Source: Octopus vulgaris (taxonomy: Eukaryota). Taken from it: a stretch of 64,000 nt of DNA. Under the pieces are notes generated by a model, which was given only the letters and a program-made list of their open reading frames with translations, was not told where the DNA came from and made no database searches. Where the stretch lies: positions 42,966,001 through 43,030,000 of the forward strand of contig OX597825.1 in assembly GCA_951406725.2 (NCBI GenBank), in the 5' to 3' direction. Every line of letters begins with the position of its first letter. The stretch's first letter is position 1. Shown here one piece after another: positions 14,301-28,784 of this stretch. Made by a program: the position numbers and the translations under genes.

Positions 14301-15215
14301 TGAGGAGAGTAATGAGTTTCTCACTGCAAAGCCAACGCCATGTTGACGAGGTTCTTCTGGATCGCTTCCCTGCCAAAAGAAGGTGAAATCCTGCTCTTTG
14401 AGTTTGCCGTTTGAGGGAAGTCTTGTCTCCTGTAGCCCACCAATGTCTATGTTGAGCCTCTTTAGTTCACGGTCAATGATGGCCGTTTTCCTTGTGTCTT
14501 CAATCCTGAGTAGATCATCAGATATTCCAGGGCACATGGTCCTGACATTAAAGCTTGCCAACCGCAGGACTGGTGGTTTCTTGACTTTTAGTTGTTTGTC
14601 TGGTGCAGAGGTTGCAGGCCGCTTTTCAAGTCATACTCTTAGCTCCAAGCACCCAATGAAGCAGGCGGCCTGTGGCGGGTCAGTAGCTTATTAACAGGGG
14701 GCTGCCCAGCTTGAGGTAGGCAGTAGCTAACCAATAGGGCACGGAATTACCTCCCACCGTCAGAGGTAACCCGTAGCGCCCATATTTTACGCCAATCTGA
14801 ATGGACTTATCACTCGTGACTGTTACCTCCCGTGTTGTTTCTGCAGCTTTTTACAGCAGCACTGAAGTGTCCTCTCCAGTTTTGCGCAGGCCTGGGCTAG
14901 AGATAAGAAAGTCCTGGGTAGCCCAATCGTCAGGTTTCCTCTCTCGACCTTGCTGATGTAGTCCAAAGGAGTGCAGTGCATTACGTTTGGCACCAGCTTG
15001 GTGGCAGGAGCTGCCGGAAGAGTGTCGAGTCGAACACTAAACCGCCTTCGGGGCTCCACTCCGGATTTCTTTGAAGGTTGTCTCTTTCCGTAACCCTGGA
15101 TAGGGGCCAATACCGGGTACTGTCAGCGGAGCCAGCTGAGCCCGGAACTCGTGTCAGGCAGGGTCGTCACTCCCTGAAGTAGTGAAGAAGATCGCTACCC
15201 ACTACCTTTTCAAGT
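11349..15215 (-). mobile_element. Near full-length RTE-clade LINE with disrupted APE-RT ORF
   Basis: APE motifs (SFNVRT, GLQETR, YAPT, LLGDFNARVG, DTDHSL) and RT motifs (KAPGKDG, YRGISLL, FIDLTKAFDSV, LFADD, LRWLGHV-like); short (CAA)n 3' tail next to (TA)n; GC-richer 5' UTR. Confidence 0.93.
11654..14561 (-). pseudogene. RTE ORF (APE endonuclease + reverse transcriptase) split by stops and frameshifts
   Basis: Collinear ORF pieces 14073-14561, 13851-14036, 12812-14032, 12544-12789 and 11654-12520. Confidence 0.9.
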
Positions 15216-15235
15216 AATGTTAAATTATTATTATT

Positions 15236-15300
15236 AAAGGAGGAGAAAGATGTTCTTAGCTTGGCGAGACGACAAGCTAAGAACATCTTTCTCCTCCTTT
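15236..15300. repeat. Perfect 28-bp inverted repeat with 9-nt loop
   Basis: AAAGGAGGAGAAAGATGTTCTTAGCTTG-gcgagacga-CAAGCTAAGAACATCTTTCTCCTCCTTT. Confidence 0.92.
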
Positions 15301-15347
15301 CTTCCCCCTCATTTTTCCATTCCTAGTATCATCTCGAGTTAGCTGCC

Positions 15348-15406
<59 letters not shown>

Positions 15407-15539
15407 CTCTTCCTAACACCACTGTTAACCATAAAGAAACTACAAAATATCGATCGTACTGTTACTGGTTATTTTAGTTTTAAATTACCCCGGGGTTTTC
15501 ATTGCCCCGGCACTCTCTCTCTCTCTCTTTCTTTCTCTC

Positions 15540-15588
<49 letters not shown>

Positions 15589-15939
15589 TTCGTCACATCT
15601 TTTCTCAATTGTTAAAAAGAAAAGCAAATCGATCGTATATATATATATATAAAACCTCCAGTAAGAGCGAAAAAAAGGTATTTGGAGCTACTTGCATCTA
15701 CTAGGACATCCCAACAGGAAACAAAGTGAATTATATATGACCTCTTTCATATGTCCTCTCAAAATAAGAAGGCATCGCATAATAATAAAGCAAGAAAAAT
15801 GCTCTAAGCGGTTCTCTCCACTTGAGGAAAATTTCTCCTTTCTTCTATTCCTTAACAAACTCTCTTTCTGTCCGCCTCATACTCTAAAAACAAAAGTAGA
15901 TGGCAGCTCCTGCGGTCGCCAGTTGAATTCCACTTCTCA

Positions 15940-16002
<63 letters not shown>

Positions 16003-16109
16003 GCATTGCACCTAGTAAGCTCCCATCCAGAACACAAATCCCAGCAAGGTTGTTTATGGATACCAGCCTCTACTCTCCACGATATCGATGTTATCCGAGA
16101 GAAAGGCAT

Positions 16110-16270
16110 AGGCCAATACAGCTCTTTGCACCTCGCAACGCAGTGAACTGGGGCAACATGAAATAAAGCGTCATGCTCAAGAACACAACACATCCCAGTC
16201 CGGGAATCGAACTGATCACCTCATAATTGCGAGCCCGACGCTGTAACCACTGAGCTATGCACCTTCACCT
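16110..16270 (-). mobile_element. tRNA-derived SINE
   Basis: Reverse complement has A-box-like TAGCTCAGTGGTT and B-box AGTTCGATTCCC. Confidence 0.65.
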
Positions 16271-16585
16271 TATGCTTACAGTACCTAGGTATCTTTAGCG
16301 GCAACCCATCTAAGTACTAGCTAGAACCAGTGCATTCAACGTGTGTGGCCGTAAGTGAATATATACACACACACACACACACACATATAAATTATTAAGG
16401 TGGCGATCCCCAATTTACAATCGAAAGTCAACAAGTATAGGCATCACTAAAGTGATGGAAGGTGCTAGTCAGCAGCAGCATTGCTAGAAATAATATTGTG
16501 TGTGTGTGTAACGTAAGGAGGAGGAGAAGCAGGAGGAGAAGGGGAGGAGGAGGAAAAGAAGAAAAAGAAGAAGAAGAAGAGGATT

Positions 16586-16722
16586 GAAAAATACCTTAGG
16601 AATGAGAACCCAGGTTCGAAATTTCCTCAAGGCACCTGATGAAGGGTGGAAGGTATATCAGCCGAAACGTTTTTCACAATAAACAAAATGAGGACAAGTA
16701 TTCGTCAAATGTAAATAATGTA
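16586..16722 (+). mobile_element. Truncated copy of the hammerhead-bearing repeat found at 36.5 and 37.5 kb
   Basis: GAAAAATACCTTAGGAATGAGAACCCAGGTTCGAAATT...GGCAC CTGATGA A GGGTG..CAGCC GAAA CGTT; 3' strand of stem I is degenerate. Confidence 0.8.
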
Positions 16723-16752
16723 GATAATATATATTTATGTATGTATGTATAT

Positions 16753-16844
<92 letters not shown>

Positions 16845-18794
16845 TTTATTAAAAAGCAGCACAAATATAACAAAAATCGTTTCACGTTCCCATGCGTCGG
16901 ATAGTTTTGTTTAGAATGGAGCAAGATAAAGTTATATAGAGAAATACGATTTTGGTAGATACATATTTCAAAGCAGTTTTCGTCCACTGGTCCTTTCAAC
17001 TAACGCTCTTTTCATTAACCGGTTGCATGAAATAACAAATTGCAGTTTAAAAAATCATATTATTATAAAATTATTATAAAATCATATTATAATAAAACTT
17101 TACAAGTTTAAAATATCTTACGATCGTTTCACGAATGTGTTACTCTTCAAAATGAAATCTAAAACTGATAATCATTATTAGGTAATGCATCCACTTGTCA
17201 GAGTAAAAGTGAATTTTCTGGTAGTCAATCGAATGCTATTTAAAAATGTATGAACATGATGTTGTTTAAAAAGTTACTGGCATAAATGTGAGTTGGTACA
17301 ACCTTGTGCTAAAAATTTTGAAGAAATAATATACATCCCTGGTAAAATCCTCTGCGGTAATCCATAAAGGCTGTGTAAATGTAAATCCATAACCATTATG
17401 GCAACTGAATAATTGTCCCATGTTATTTTACAGAGATAGAGAGAGTGAGAGTGAGAAAGAGACAGCAGGCAGCCAGAGAGAAAGGACAGGAGCATTCGTA
17501 TAACAGAAAATGGAATATGAGTCGTTTGAAATCAGAATATTAGATTAAGACCTAAAAGCGAAATCCAGTTAACAAAGTGTGTAATGATCCTGGGAAATTT
17601 AAAAGAGGAAAGAATGAGTTTTTGTGAAGATGACTGGAAGATGACTGGAAGAAACAAGACGTGAGATAAAGGATTGATATAGAAAGAAGGAAAGTGATAT
17701 CAAAGAAGCGGATCGATAAAAAAACTCAAGTCTGGTGTCCCTTTGTTGTAGGCCTGTTTTTACTTTTTGTGTCATTATATAGATGTGGAAGGAGAAGGCA
17801 GTGACGTTTTTCAGAACAGTGGAAGGGAAATAAATAGTTTTAGAGAGACCTGGATTCACTAAATAGATGAAGAGAGGGGGAAATAGTTAGTAGCCAACTA
17901 GCAAGTAAGACATACCGTTCGTTCAGAAGACATTAAAATACAGGATAGACTAAGGAAAGAGCCATAGAGTAGAAGAGATGGGTGCTGAAAAGAAGAAATA
18001 TAGGATTCTACACAATAGATGTGAATTAGAGAGGTGACGCGATAATAGAAGTGTATGCACAACGAACTAATTATGGTGGAGAGAGAGAGAGAGAACGATC
18101 GTGTCAAAATTAAGGAATAAAACAGTATATTGTTACTTTATATAATGGAAAATGGAAGATCGAGAAAGCGGGAAGAGAGAGAGAGAGAGAGAGAAAAATA
18201 GCCGGTAGTATCAGAAAACAAGCGTCTCAGACAGCTTGATGAGACAGAGATCCATGGGAGTCAATTGATCCAGAGAACAGACAGTCCGGTAATTCAGACA
18301 GATGAGAATAATGAAGGAGAAGGTGCAGGACTGGAATCAGAAACATGAAATGGATATTTTCAGAAAATAAAGAGTCATTCAGAAGTCAGTTAGATGAAAT
18401 TGCAAAAAAGACGACGAAGGTAATATTAGAAAACAATGTTCGAAGTGAACCGGAGTCAATTATTACTGCAAAAAGACAGTAAAACAAAACAAAAAACAAA
18501 AAAAACACAGAAGCAAAGTTTTACGTGAAACAATTTAAAATGTAAGGAAAAGAAGACAATGAACAAACCGAGGAATACAGAGCAAAGCGTGAAAGAAATA
18601 TGTGAGAAACATAGGTAATGTTATGTTAGAGATATAGGATACGAAATACGCTAACAGGGACAGGTGATCATTGAAAGAGTCATGGAACTCTCACACCATA
18701 TATTCAACCAGGTTATTTCTTGTAAGTACATAGCGGAAACTGAAAGGTTCAGTACGAATTTATCATTTTGGAGGAAATATTTTATCCAAGTTTA

Positions 18795-18957
18795 AGATGA
18801 CGACCTGGCAGAAGCGTTAGCACGCTGAGTATTTCATCTATTCTGAGTTCATCTTCGGGGGTCGATAAAATAAGTGCCAGCTGAGCGCCGGGGTCGTTGT
18901 AATCGAATTATCTTCTCCCCGAAATTGCTGGCTTTGTATTAAAATTTGAAACCAATA
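18795..18957 (+). mobile_element. Deleted tRNA-derived SINE
   Basis: Similar to the 10083 family (GGGGTCGATAAAATAAGTGCCAG). Confidence 0.6.
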
Positions 18958-19625
18958 TTTCATCCATATTTAGAATTTTAAATCTATTAGATTTTAAATA
19001 ATTGACATTTAGAAATATATATGTAAAACGGATTAGAACATACACTTTATTTATATTTTCTTCCGTTGTATAATCCATATTTGATACCTTCATTGCAGAT
19101 AAAAATAATGACTTTTGATTTACTTTATACAAGTCTTCCCTCTGTAACAAGCTGCAGTACTTTTCTTTTGGAGTGTGAGATATGTAATGTTTTGTATTGC
19201 TTCTAATTTACTGAATAATGTTTTATTGTTGTTCCGTTATGTGATCTATTTTAATGAATTTAATGTTCTACTTGTTTTTGCTGTTTTTGTGGACGGTTCA
19301 CCAAACTGAGAAGTGATTGTGCATCATAAGCGTTGTGTATTGTCTTGAGACGTAGAGTAATACACGGATGATGTATAATGTAGCCTAAGTTTTTATTCAA
19401 TCGATAATATATTGCATCAAGCATATGCAACGCCATGTATGGTTATTTTGGGAGTGTCTCTAGAGGTTTTATATTTTTTAGTTCACGTTTCTGTTACCAA
19501 AGGTAGCATCTTCATTTTTAAATTTCGTATCAAGATTATATCTACTTTGTATTTTGATTGTTAACAATTGATATGCTACGAAAAATGTTTCACTTTTTCC
19601 GTTCCATTCTTAGTAGACTTCACGG

Positions 19626-19627
<2 letters not shown>

Positions 19628-19658
<31 letters not shown>

Positions 19659-19760
19659 CTTCTTCTTCTTCTTCTTCTTCTTCTTCTTCTTCTTCTTCTT
19701 CTTCTTCTTCTTCTTCTTCTTCTTCTTCTTCTTCTTCTTCTTCTTCTTCTTCTTCTTCTT
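19628..19760. repeat. (TTC)n microsatellite
   Basis: Direct reading; source of the poly-E/S/F/R ORFs. Confidence 0.95.
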
Positions 19761-20949
19761 TGTTCGTATACTTTGCTATTTTTGTTAGTATTACTGTTGT
19801 AATGGACCATATTATAGGGAATATCATTCTCTTATTACTATTAGGACACCCTGTAACTGAAGGTACAAAGAAAATATTGCAAATAGGACATGGACGCATG
19901 GTATGTGTATGAATATTCTCGTTACTTATTTTACTATTCGTGGCAACTGATTTTGTAAGGAGATGGTGTATCCATCATCAGCAGCAGCAGCAACAGCAAC
20001 AACAGCAGGAGAAGGAGGAGGAGGAAAAGAGGAGGAGGAAGGGGAGGAAGGACTGCAGCAGAGACGACAACAAAAACATAACTTTGGATACGCTAACTGT
20101 AAAAATGAAGACTTTATAGCCTGAATAACAAAGTTGTCATACAAAGATTTAATATTATGTCAGAGAAATATGAAATAATACTTCCCTCCAATATATATGC
20201 ACACAGTGACATACACACACAAAGCCATACACAAACATATACACAAAGATATATGCACATACAGATACTCTCATACAGATATAGAATTGAACTTTCGTTA
20301 ATGAGTGTAGGTCAATCTATCTATTTGTAGTTATATGCAGATATTCCTGTTTATTAGCTTTAACCATAAATATTTCACGGATTTAATGCTAAACTTATTA
20401 AATTATATCTAAAAAATCCGAAAGTGTAGCCTGTGTCGCGTCTGTATGAAAAGACGGTCGCCCATCTGCTAATCATGGCAAAGTGAAGGAAATTGGACTA
20501 TAATGATTACCTAACGCACTTTATGTATTTTATGTATAATTTTATAGATTTAATATACAGCACTCTCCCTCTTTCTCGATCACTCTTCGCCTTACCCTCT
20601 TTTTCTCTCTCCTTGCCCTCTTTTTCTTTCGCGTTTCGCCTTTCCCTTCAACTAATTACGTGAAAGCGTTATAGACTGGCTATGTAACGGAAAAAAAACT
20701 TAGTTAAAACAACATCACACATTTCACTCACCACCACCCCTCTCTCCCTCCTCTGTCCCTCCTTTCCGCTATCTCACCATCTTCTGCCCTCCCCTCCCTC
20801 TAATATATATGCATACTTATTGTGTATGTGTGTATACATATGATGGTCGTGTATATCTATATATATGAATATACCACACACACACACGCATGCACACACA
20901 CAGACACACGCACACACGCGCGCACACACAAACACTCACACACACATAT

Positions 20950-21820
20950 GACTTGTTCTCGAAATTTCGTGTTTTCCTGGCCATTGTTTTCTTGATAGCC
21001 ATTCGTAACTACCTCAGCAAATTGGCACACTACACTCTCTTGATGGTGTAGCCATTTTGAAGATTTTCAGTAAGGAGAATACCTTTTCATCCCAAAACCT
21101 GAGGCCATCACCTCCCTTGCAAATGAAGCGACCTTGACCTCTTTTAGAGTAGATGAGGTAGAGTGTTTCCTCCTTAAGGATTGTCTCCTAGTCTCTTTCT
21201 CAAAGTGATGAACCTAACACTCATCATGGCATTGGAAACGTTCAAAGAAACCAGTTGGGAAAGCTTCAAACGATGTCAGACTTTCCCGTGATGGGATCAG
21301 TTTGGTGCGCTTTTGACTAAGTGTCGGAATATGTGACAAACACCTACGTCAAGCTCCCTGTATAGAATATTCTCAAATCCTTCGCGGGATACGCTAATAG
21401 CATTGGTTATTTGATCTATTGTCTATCGTCTATCATCTTTCTCCTTGTGGCGAACATAATCAGTGTTTTCCTCGGTGTTGGTAGTTGTAGGATGTCCGGA
21501 CTTTGGATCATCTTCGAGACTCTATCTTTTCCTCCAAAATCAGCTGTTGCTAAAACCGGGGCGTCATAAAATAACGTAGCAACATTGTTGGCATGAATAT
21601 CCTTGGAGCCTAAACTCTTTTTCTGCATGTACTTCATAAAACCACGATGCTAAATCTTGTCCGTTAAAAAAAATCGCTACTTTGATATCAGTTTATACAG
21701 AATGAAACAATGCAATTATTAATAAGGGTTGGAATTAATACGTTAATGCATGCAAGATTTCAAAGCTGTAGCATCACTTCTTCATAGTCAGCCTATAAAT
21801 TTTCAACCAACCTTCATATA
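20950..21820 (-). mobile_element. Mariner remnant
   Basis: Similar to 2935-3550 (CTGAGGCCATCACC...GATGAAGCGACC); terminal CCTATAAATTTTCAACCAACCTTCATA resembles a mariner TIR. Confidence 0.6.
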
Positions 21821-21847
21821 TGTGTACATTTATATATTCATGTATGT

Positions 21848-21896
<49 letters not shown>

Positions 21897-24800
21897 GGTA
21901 GAAATATGGATAAAATTGTTGAAAATGCACTGAGCGTCTTTTAGAGGATTTACTTTTAAAGGCTCAACCTGTTTCGCAGAATTTTCAAAAGTGAAGCGAG
22001 TTAGAAAGATGAGGTGCTATGCCAGAACAGTACTTTTCAGGAATTTTCTTCTTTTTTATGTAGAGAACATGGCTCAAATTAATGTCTTTTAAGGATACAA
22101 TTCGATTGGCAGAGGATGATTATATGATTAGATTTAGTAAGTTTTCAAAGTGCCCCGTTACGTCAGTGTGTTAATGTAATGTGACAATAGTGTCTGCACC
22201 GAAAGTTAAAGCTGACATTATTGAATGAAATTGTCTAGTGACAGCTCAAAACAATCAATGCTCTCTATATTTAATCTATCAAGTATAAAAGTGGATAGGA
22301 AATGTGTAACTATTAAATTATGTTAGATGTCATTTATTGTCCGTGGGTTAGTGTTTGTGTAACTTGTTGATGTTACTTCAGTCGTGGTGTGTATGTGGTT
22401 TTTGGAAATATATTTTAATTTTTTCGTGTTTGACTTTTAGTATTGTTTGAATAAAGGTGAAGCGGGAAGACTTCGAATTTTGGGAACTTATATGTCGAAA
22501 ATATGTTGGATCTGTAAATTCAGCAAAATGTGTTTGAAGGGGAGTAGTTGTTGATGAATATACATTGTTGAAGTTTATTTAGTTGTGGTTTGTATATTTA
22601 TATTAATATTTTTTCTTGTTTATTCGTGTCTCATCTATGGTATTGACAAAGTTGGAAGATTTGAAATTTTGGGGAATTATTTTTTGCACATATGTGTATG
22701 TGCCCACTTGGTGGGATCTGTATAGTAATTCTATGTATTCCCTGAAGAAGATGTCAAATGATTTTTCATGATAAAAATTAGTCCTGATTTAAATAACAAA
22801 TCATGTTTTTCAGTTCGTTCAAACGATGAAAACATTACATAGATGAAGCCATACCAGAAGTTTTACAGATCAGCCTTCATATTTGTGTTACATTTGTTAT
22901 ATTCATGTACGCCACACACACACACACACACACACAATAACGAGTGTCATTGAAATCGATCGAAACTTTAAAGGTTGTACACAATATAGCTACGGCAGAA
23001 ATATTTAAACTATAAAAAGAACCCATATACACAGGCGCGTAAACACACATGTGTGAACACGTACACACAAGCACATATACACACATATACATTGATATAT
23101 ATATATATATATATAAATGCATTCGCACTATAGCAGACATGTATACACATGCATTTATATACGTGTTTATGCATATTTTAGTGGTGTCCAATATTACAAA
23201 GATAAAATTTTAATATCACCAAGATTAGTTTTCTTTCAAAGTGTGTTGTACTTGTTCTTTTGTTTTCAGATATTAATGCCGCCATTTTTGCATTGGAAAT
23301 ATCTCATTGACATTTATTTGTAACATGCTGAAGAATAAGATGTTACTCCAACTGATAGCGACAGTGGCATTAAGTTTCTCAAAGAAAATAGAAAAGGAAG
23401 AAATAATATAGAAAAGTTGATATGATATGCAATACACATCTTTATTGTATTTATTCTATTTTATTTATATTTATTTTATATGTGCTTTTATATTTATTTT
23501 CCTTTCGTGCTTTTTAGAATTTTATTCTGTACTTATTTTGAGAAAGATATTCACGTGTTGTGTTTCCTGCTGATAGGAAGTAAGAAATACCTATTAAAAT
23601 AGTCACTGGATTTTTATGTGTGACAAATTTTCTCATTAAAGTCATGCGCACAATTCAAAGTGTGAAACATATTGCTCTTCCAAAACATTATTTCTTTTAC
23701 ATTGTTTAGCTTTCAGTCTGTCAGGAACTTCTAATTTTATTTACGCTTTTTTCTTTCTACATGACAATTAATCTTCATCTGTCTGTTATCTGTTTTAATT
23801 TATTTTCACAATAACCATTTTTCGTTTCATAGGAATTGTTGGTTTCCTCACTTGTGCATAAGTAAATTATTTCGTATAAGTTGCTCTTTTAATTTCCTTA
23901 AATTGTACCTACTTCAAAGTAAATGTAACGAACTGCGCAATGAACTGCTAAAACTCGAGGAAAAATTAACTGCATTTATTTACTATATGAATATGATAAC
24001 TTTGATTTCGATCAAGTGTAAGTTATCGCAATGGAGCTTATATATTCGAATTTGGTCATTGAAGTCTCAAAAACTGAATAGTTGAGTAAATATCTACAAC
24101 TATGTGTCTACGTATTTATTTTACCAGCCGAGAGCTTAAGAAATATTCCGCCTAGATTATTTGCCCTTAGTAACCCATCTTTGTATTGATGTATGTGTGT
24201 GTACGTGCGTGTGTGCGTATGTATATATGCATGTATGTATATGTGTAGATTTTACGTTTTGTTTTATATATGTATTTTCTTGCATATAGCTACATGTCTA
24301 GACATGCTCGTATATAAATGATAAAACTTCTAGAATGTTTAACAGTGATGGTTTGTATCTGTAGTCTTTGAATCGGGTTATGTATGTATGTATACAATTT
24401 CTTCATTTTTTGTTCGATTCTATTTCATATTTGGTGTATTGGTGTAGTTTTGTATCGTAATCATTGACATGAAATACATTTTCGCCATAAATCAATAAAT
24501 AAAGAGTTAATAGCTTTAAAAGTTTGAACATTTTCAGTAATTTTAGCCGATCGAAAGCAAAAAGCATTAGGTGCCTGGTACCATAGTAACAAGCCAAGCT
24601 TTTACCAAGCTGCTTACCCACGTGGTATGTTTTGCTTATTAAATGCTTAAAACACATGAGGTGATCGTGATATGTACTGAAATTAATAATTAACTAGGCC
24701 TTAAATCACGCATAAAAATTTTGTTTCTTTTTTGTTTTTAACATAATCGTATTCGCAAAACAATTCTTTAAACTTCAAAAAATACGAGAGGTATATGGCT

Positions 24801-25256
24801 TCCGTAAAGCAGAATTCCGTCTATATTTCATTTGTTTACAGTTGACAACACGTGCATTGAAGCACCAAATGACAGCATCCAAATCTTGTTTTCTGATTGG
24901 GTAAAAATATCAAACTTTAAACTTCTATAACATTTTTTTTAAAGTTCATCTGGAAAAATTGAACTAGCACCTGAGATTCAGCTTGGACAATTACATCAAT
25001 ACATCAAATTTTAGATTTTTCATTAAGCTGTAAAATTTCCACAGCTAAAGCCAAACAGAAAAGATTCTACCTGCTTTTTTACTTGTTGTACAGACCGACA
25101 CACATCGCCTTTATATGCGCACATATCATCCTTATTCCAAGTATACGCATTTATCTGCGCACACATTCGGTAATAATCACGCATATTTTAGCAATAATTA
25201 TTTATATGTATATGTGTGTAGGTGCATATATTATATATTTGCATATGTATATACAT

Positions 25257-25296
<40 letters not shown>

Positions 25297-25922
25297 TTGG
25301 ATAAGGTTAAAACATGGTCTGGTTTTCAAATATTTCATCATGGCATTTCAACATTAAAAAAGCATTTTGTAGTGTTCATAAAGTTCAATTAGCACTTTCA
25401 TACGTTCGTAGAAATCATCAGATTTCAAAATGTATTTAACTCACAGTTGAGTTTTTGACAACTGTTGTACCTCTCAAAACGCTCCAACAAGCTGAACTCT
25501 TGGAATACGGTTTTGACCAATTCGCATGCTTTTCCGGGTGTACCGATATTCTCTAATTTGTTTATATTCTTAAGTTAAGGTGTTGTGGTGGATTACCCCA
25601 GGTGTGAAGTGGGCTGGTCACTACCAATTGATAGTGGACTGACACAGTAATGTCAATCGGTGAAGTTACGCCGTTCGGACTAGTCGTACAGGGACGACGG
25701 AATACGTTATCATAATATGACTTATAGTGACTACGAAGATTCGTAGCTCACGCAGTGAAAAAAGATTATGAAGAAAAACATCGCAGTGAAAAATATTAGA
25801 AATTCCGAAGTAGGATTTGAAATAACATAGAACTACACTCACAGAAAAGAACAGTGAAAATATATAAATCCTATTGAAGGAAGATTTTGAAAAAAATAGA
25901 AATGGTTCTGTGTCGAAGAAAC

Positions 25923-26118
<196 letters not shown>

Positions 26119-27389
26119 CAGTTGTTACTTATAGCTACAATGTAGCTATATATGAGTGAAGTGGAATATGAGTGAAGTAAAGAATATAGATAGAAAAATA
26201 CGCAAGCTGCTGGGTTGTAATAGGATGCACCACCCAAAGGCAGACGTAGATCGCCTTTACCTTCCCAGAGCCCAAGGAGGTCGAGGCCTGATCCAATTTG
26301 AACTAGCTTACAAAACAACCACAATTGGACTGGCCAAATATCTCGAAATATCGAATGACTGGATGCTAAAGCTCGTGGAAAATCACGAGAGACGAAAGAA
26401 GCTTCATTCTATCATAAAGGAAAGCAAAAAAGTTGCTATTGATCTCGTGCAGGATACCCAAACTGAACAGCCCGAGGGAATTACGGCAACTATTGTTGCA
26501 AAGAAGGTGAAAATGATGGCAATGAAAAAAGCGCACGAGCAATTGGCTGATAGGTGGAAGGAGAAACCTCTGCACGGCAAATATGTGACCCGCAGCAAAC
26601 AAGCTGATGTTGACCAGAAGCAAACCCATCAGTGGCTGCGGAGCTCAGGGCTAAAAGCAGAGAGCGAAGGTTTCATCCTGGCTGCTCAAGATCAAAGCCT
26701 ATTAACCCGGAACTACCAGGCCAATGTGATGAAAAATGGAGCAGACCCAAAATGCCGATTCTGCAACGACATGATTGAAACAGTGGACCACCTAATCTCT
26801 GGATGTAAAGTCTTAGCACCAGTGGAGTATAAATTAAGACATGACAGAGTTGGCCAATATCTCCACTGGCTAATAAGTCGGCATTACAATATCAAAACTG
26901 CCGACAAGTGGTATAATCACCACCCTGAGGCTGTAACTGAAGGAGAAAATGTAACCATTCTGTGGGACTTTCCAGTACATACAGACATGAGCATCGCCTG
27001 TGATCATAATATCTCAGCGAAAGAGTTTGACAAGCTCAGAAAATATAAAGACCTACTCATTGAAATTGAGAAAATGTGGCATCTCAAGGCGGTTACAATA
27101 CCAGTGATCGTAGGAGCACTAGGAATGATCAAGAAGGGAACCGAAAATTATATGAGAATGATCCCTGCAAGAAGTGCAAAAGATTGTCTTAACTGGTACA
27201 TCACACGTATTGAGAAGAGCATTGTCGATGTGAGAACTGTTGCTGCTCATGTATTTTAATTTAACTTTAAAAAAAAAAAAAAAATGAACGAACTACTGAG
27301 TTTGGTTTAATGGCCTACCAATGTATACTATGAGTTTCTTTGCCCTACGAGTCGGGAAGACGCTCGGCAAGAAAAAGAAGAAAAAAAAA

Positions 27390-27390
<1 letters not shown>
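26119..27390 (+). mobile_element. 5'-truncated R4/Dong-like non-LTR retrotransposon (RT thumb, zinc knuckle, RLE) in (TAA)n
   Basis: RLYLPRAQGGRGL, PLHGKY, AAQDQ, CRFC..ETVDHLISGC, RHD, ILWDFPVHTD, KLRKYKDL, IPVIVGALG; A-rich 3' end; (TAA)n on both sides, the known Dong target. Confidence 0.88.
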
Positions 27391-27435
<45 letters not shown>

Positions 27436-27444
27436 TAATAATGA

Positions 27445-27475
<31 letters not shown>

Positions 27476-27523
27476 AAGAAGAAGAAGAAGAAGAAGAAGA
27501 AGAAGAAGAAGAAGAAGAAGAAG

Positions 27524-27552
<29 letters not shown>
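27391..27552. repeat. (TAA)n followed by (GAA)n
   Basis: Direct reading. Confidence 0.95.
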
Positions 27553-27554
<2 letters not shown>

Positions 27555-28784
27555 GCGTTCGAAGGACTTATAAGTCAGGTTGCTATATGTAGTAGGAATA
27601 ATGTAAGACTGGGTACTACCTGTGGCATTTTGAAAAAAAAAATGCTTTTCTGTGGAACAAAAAATAATAATATTAAGTCCGGGTGAAGGATTTAATAATT
27701 CTGTGTGGAACAAAAAATTCCGGTTAAAAGAAAAAGAAAAGAAATGAAAGAAAAATAATGCTGTGTTGAATATATATATATATATATAATTTTGTGTGGA
27801 AGAAGATGGTATCTGAATAAGGATAAAATAATTCTGGTGAGATGAAAAAGTAAGGTAAACAACTGTGTTGCTTTGCAAAAAAAAAATCTCTCAAAGCCGG
27901 GAGGCGTTGTGGCGGACGCCCCCAGGTGAGAAGTGGGCTGATCCACTACTAACAAAGAGTGGACTGACACTGTCAGTAATGTCAATCGGCGAAGGTACGC
28001 CGTTCGGACTATTCCCGGAGAAACGACGAAATACGTTGTCATAATCGGACATATCATAAAGATATTTTTTAATCCATATTATTAACTGGTTGTTATATTA
28101 TTGTTGTTAAGAACAGGTTTGAACATTTTAATAAATCGTTTTTCTTTTATCTTTCTTGGAACCTCACTTATGTCATGTAGTTTGTTGAAAGGAAAAATTA
28201 GAAACATTTTCTGACCACGTTTCCATATGTTCACTCAATGGACTTTAGCGAACATTTGTATTCCGAATTTGTCGCCTGTGTACTCGGAAGCATTTCGATA
28301 GTGCAATCTTGCCTATATATATATAGTTCCTCACAATTAGGGCATTTTATGCAGTAGATCAAATTTCTGCTTTTGCAGTTCATATCTGCATTTGCGAACA
28401 TCTCGTTTTTGTTCTAATGGACCTACCATTATGCATGTTCCCCATTTGTTATTATTAGTCTTGGATACTGTGAATGTTTTATCCTGTTTGGTCATGTTGA
28501 AATACCATAATAAAAAGCGTGAAAACCATTTGTCTATGTACTCCGTTAAATTTTGTTAAATCTTGGTTTGTACTTTTGTATGAAAGTAAACAAATAATAC
28601 TTTCATACAAAAGTACATACCACTCGTCATGTGGGAGGGGTTACCATTATTATCATTATCTCCACAACATCTCCCCTTGTAAGGTTTTCTTTTTCCCAAG
28701 GGAGTGTCATTTTATTTCTTTTAATAGCAACACTTTTTATATCACGCCACCATTTTTTGAAATTATTTTTTCTTAGTTATACAA

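Noticed and set aside
17112-17155. Minus-strand TTGAAGA...GAAACGATCGTAAGAT hammerhead relic
   Set aside because: C3 is mutated and stems I and II do not pair; at most a fossil.
21960-22760. Possible degenerate PLE RT (minus strand, IAPHLSNSLHFE) and CTGAAGA at 22742
   Set aside because: Too decayed to assign motifs or fold a ribozyme by eye.
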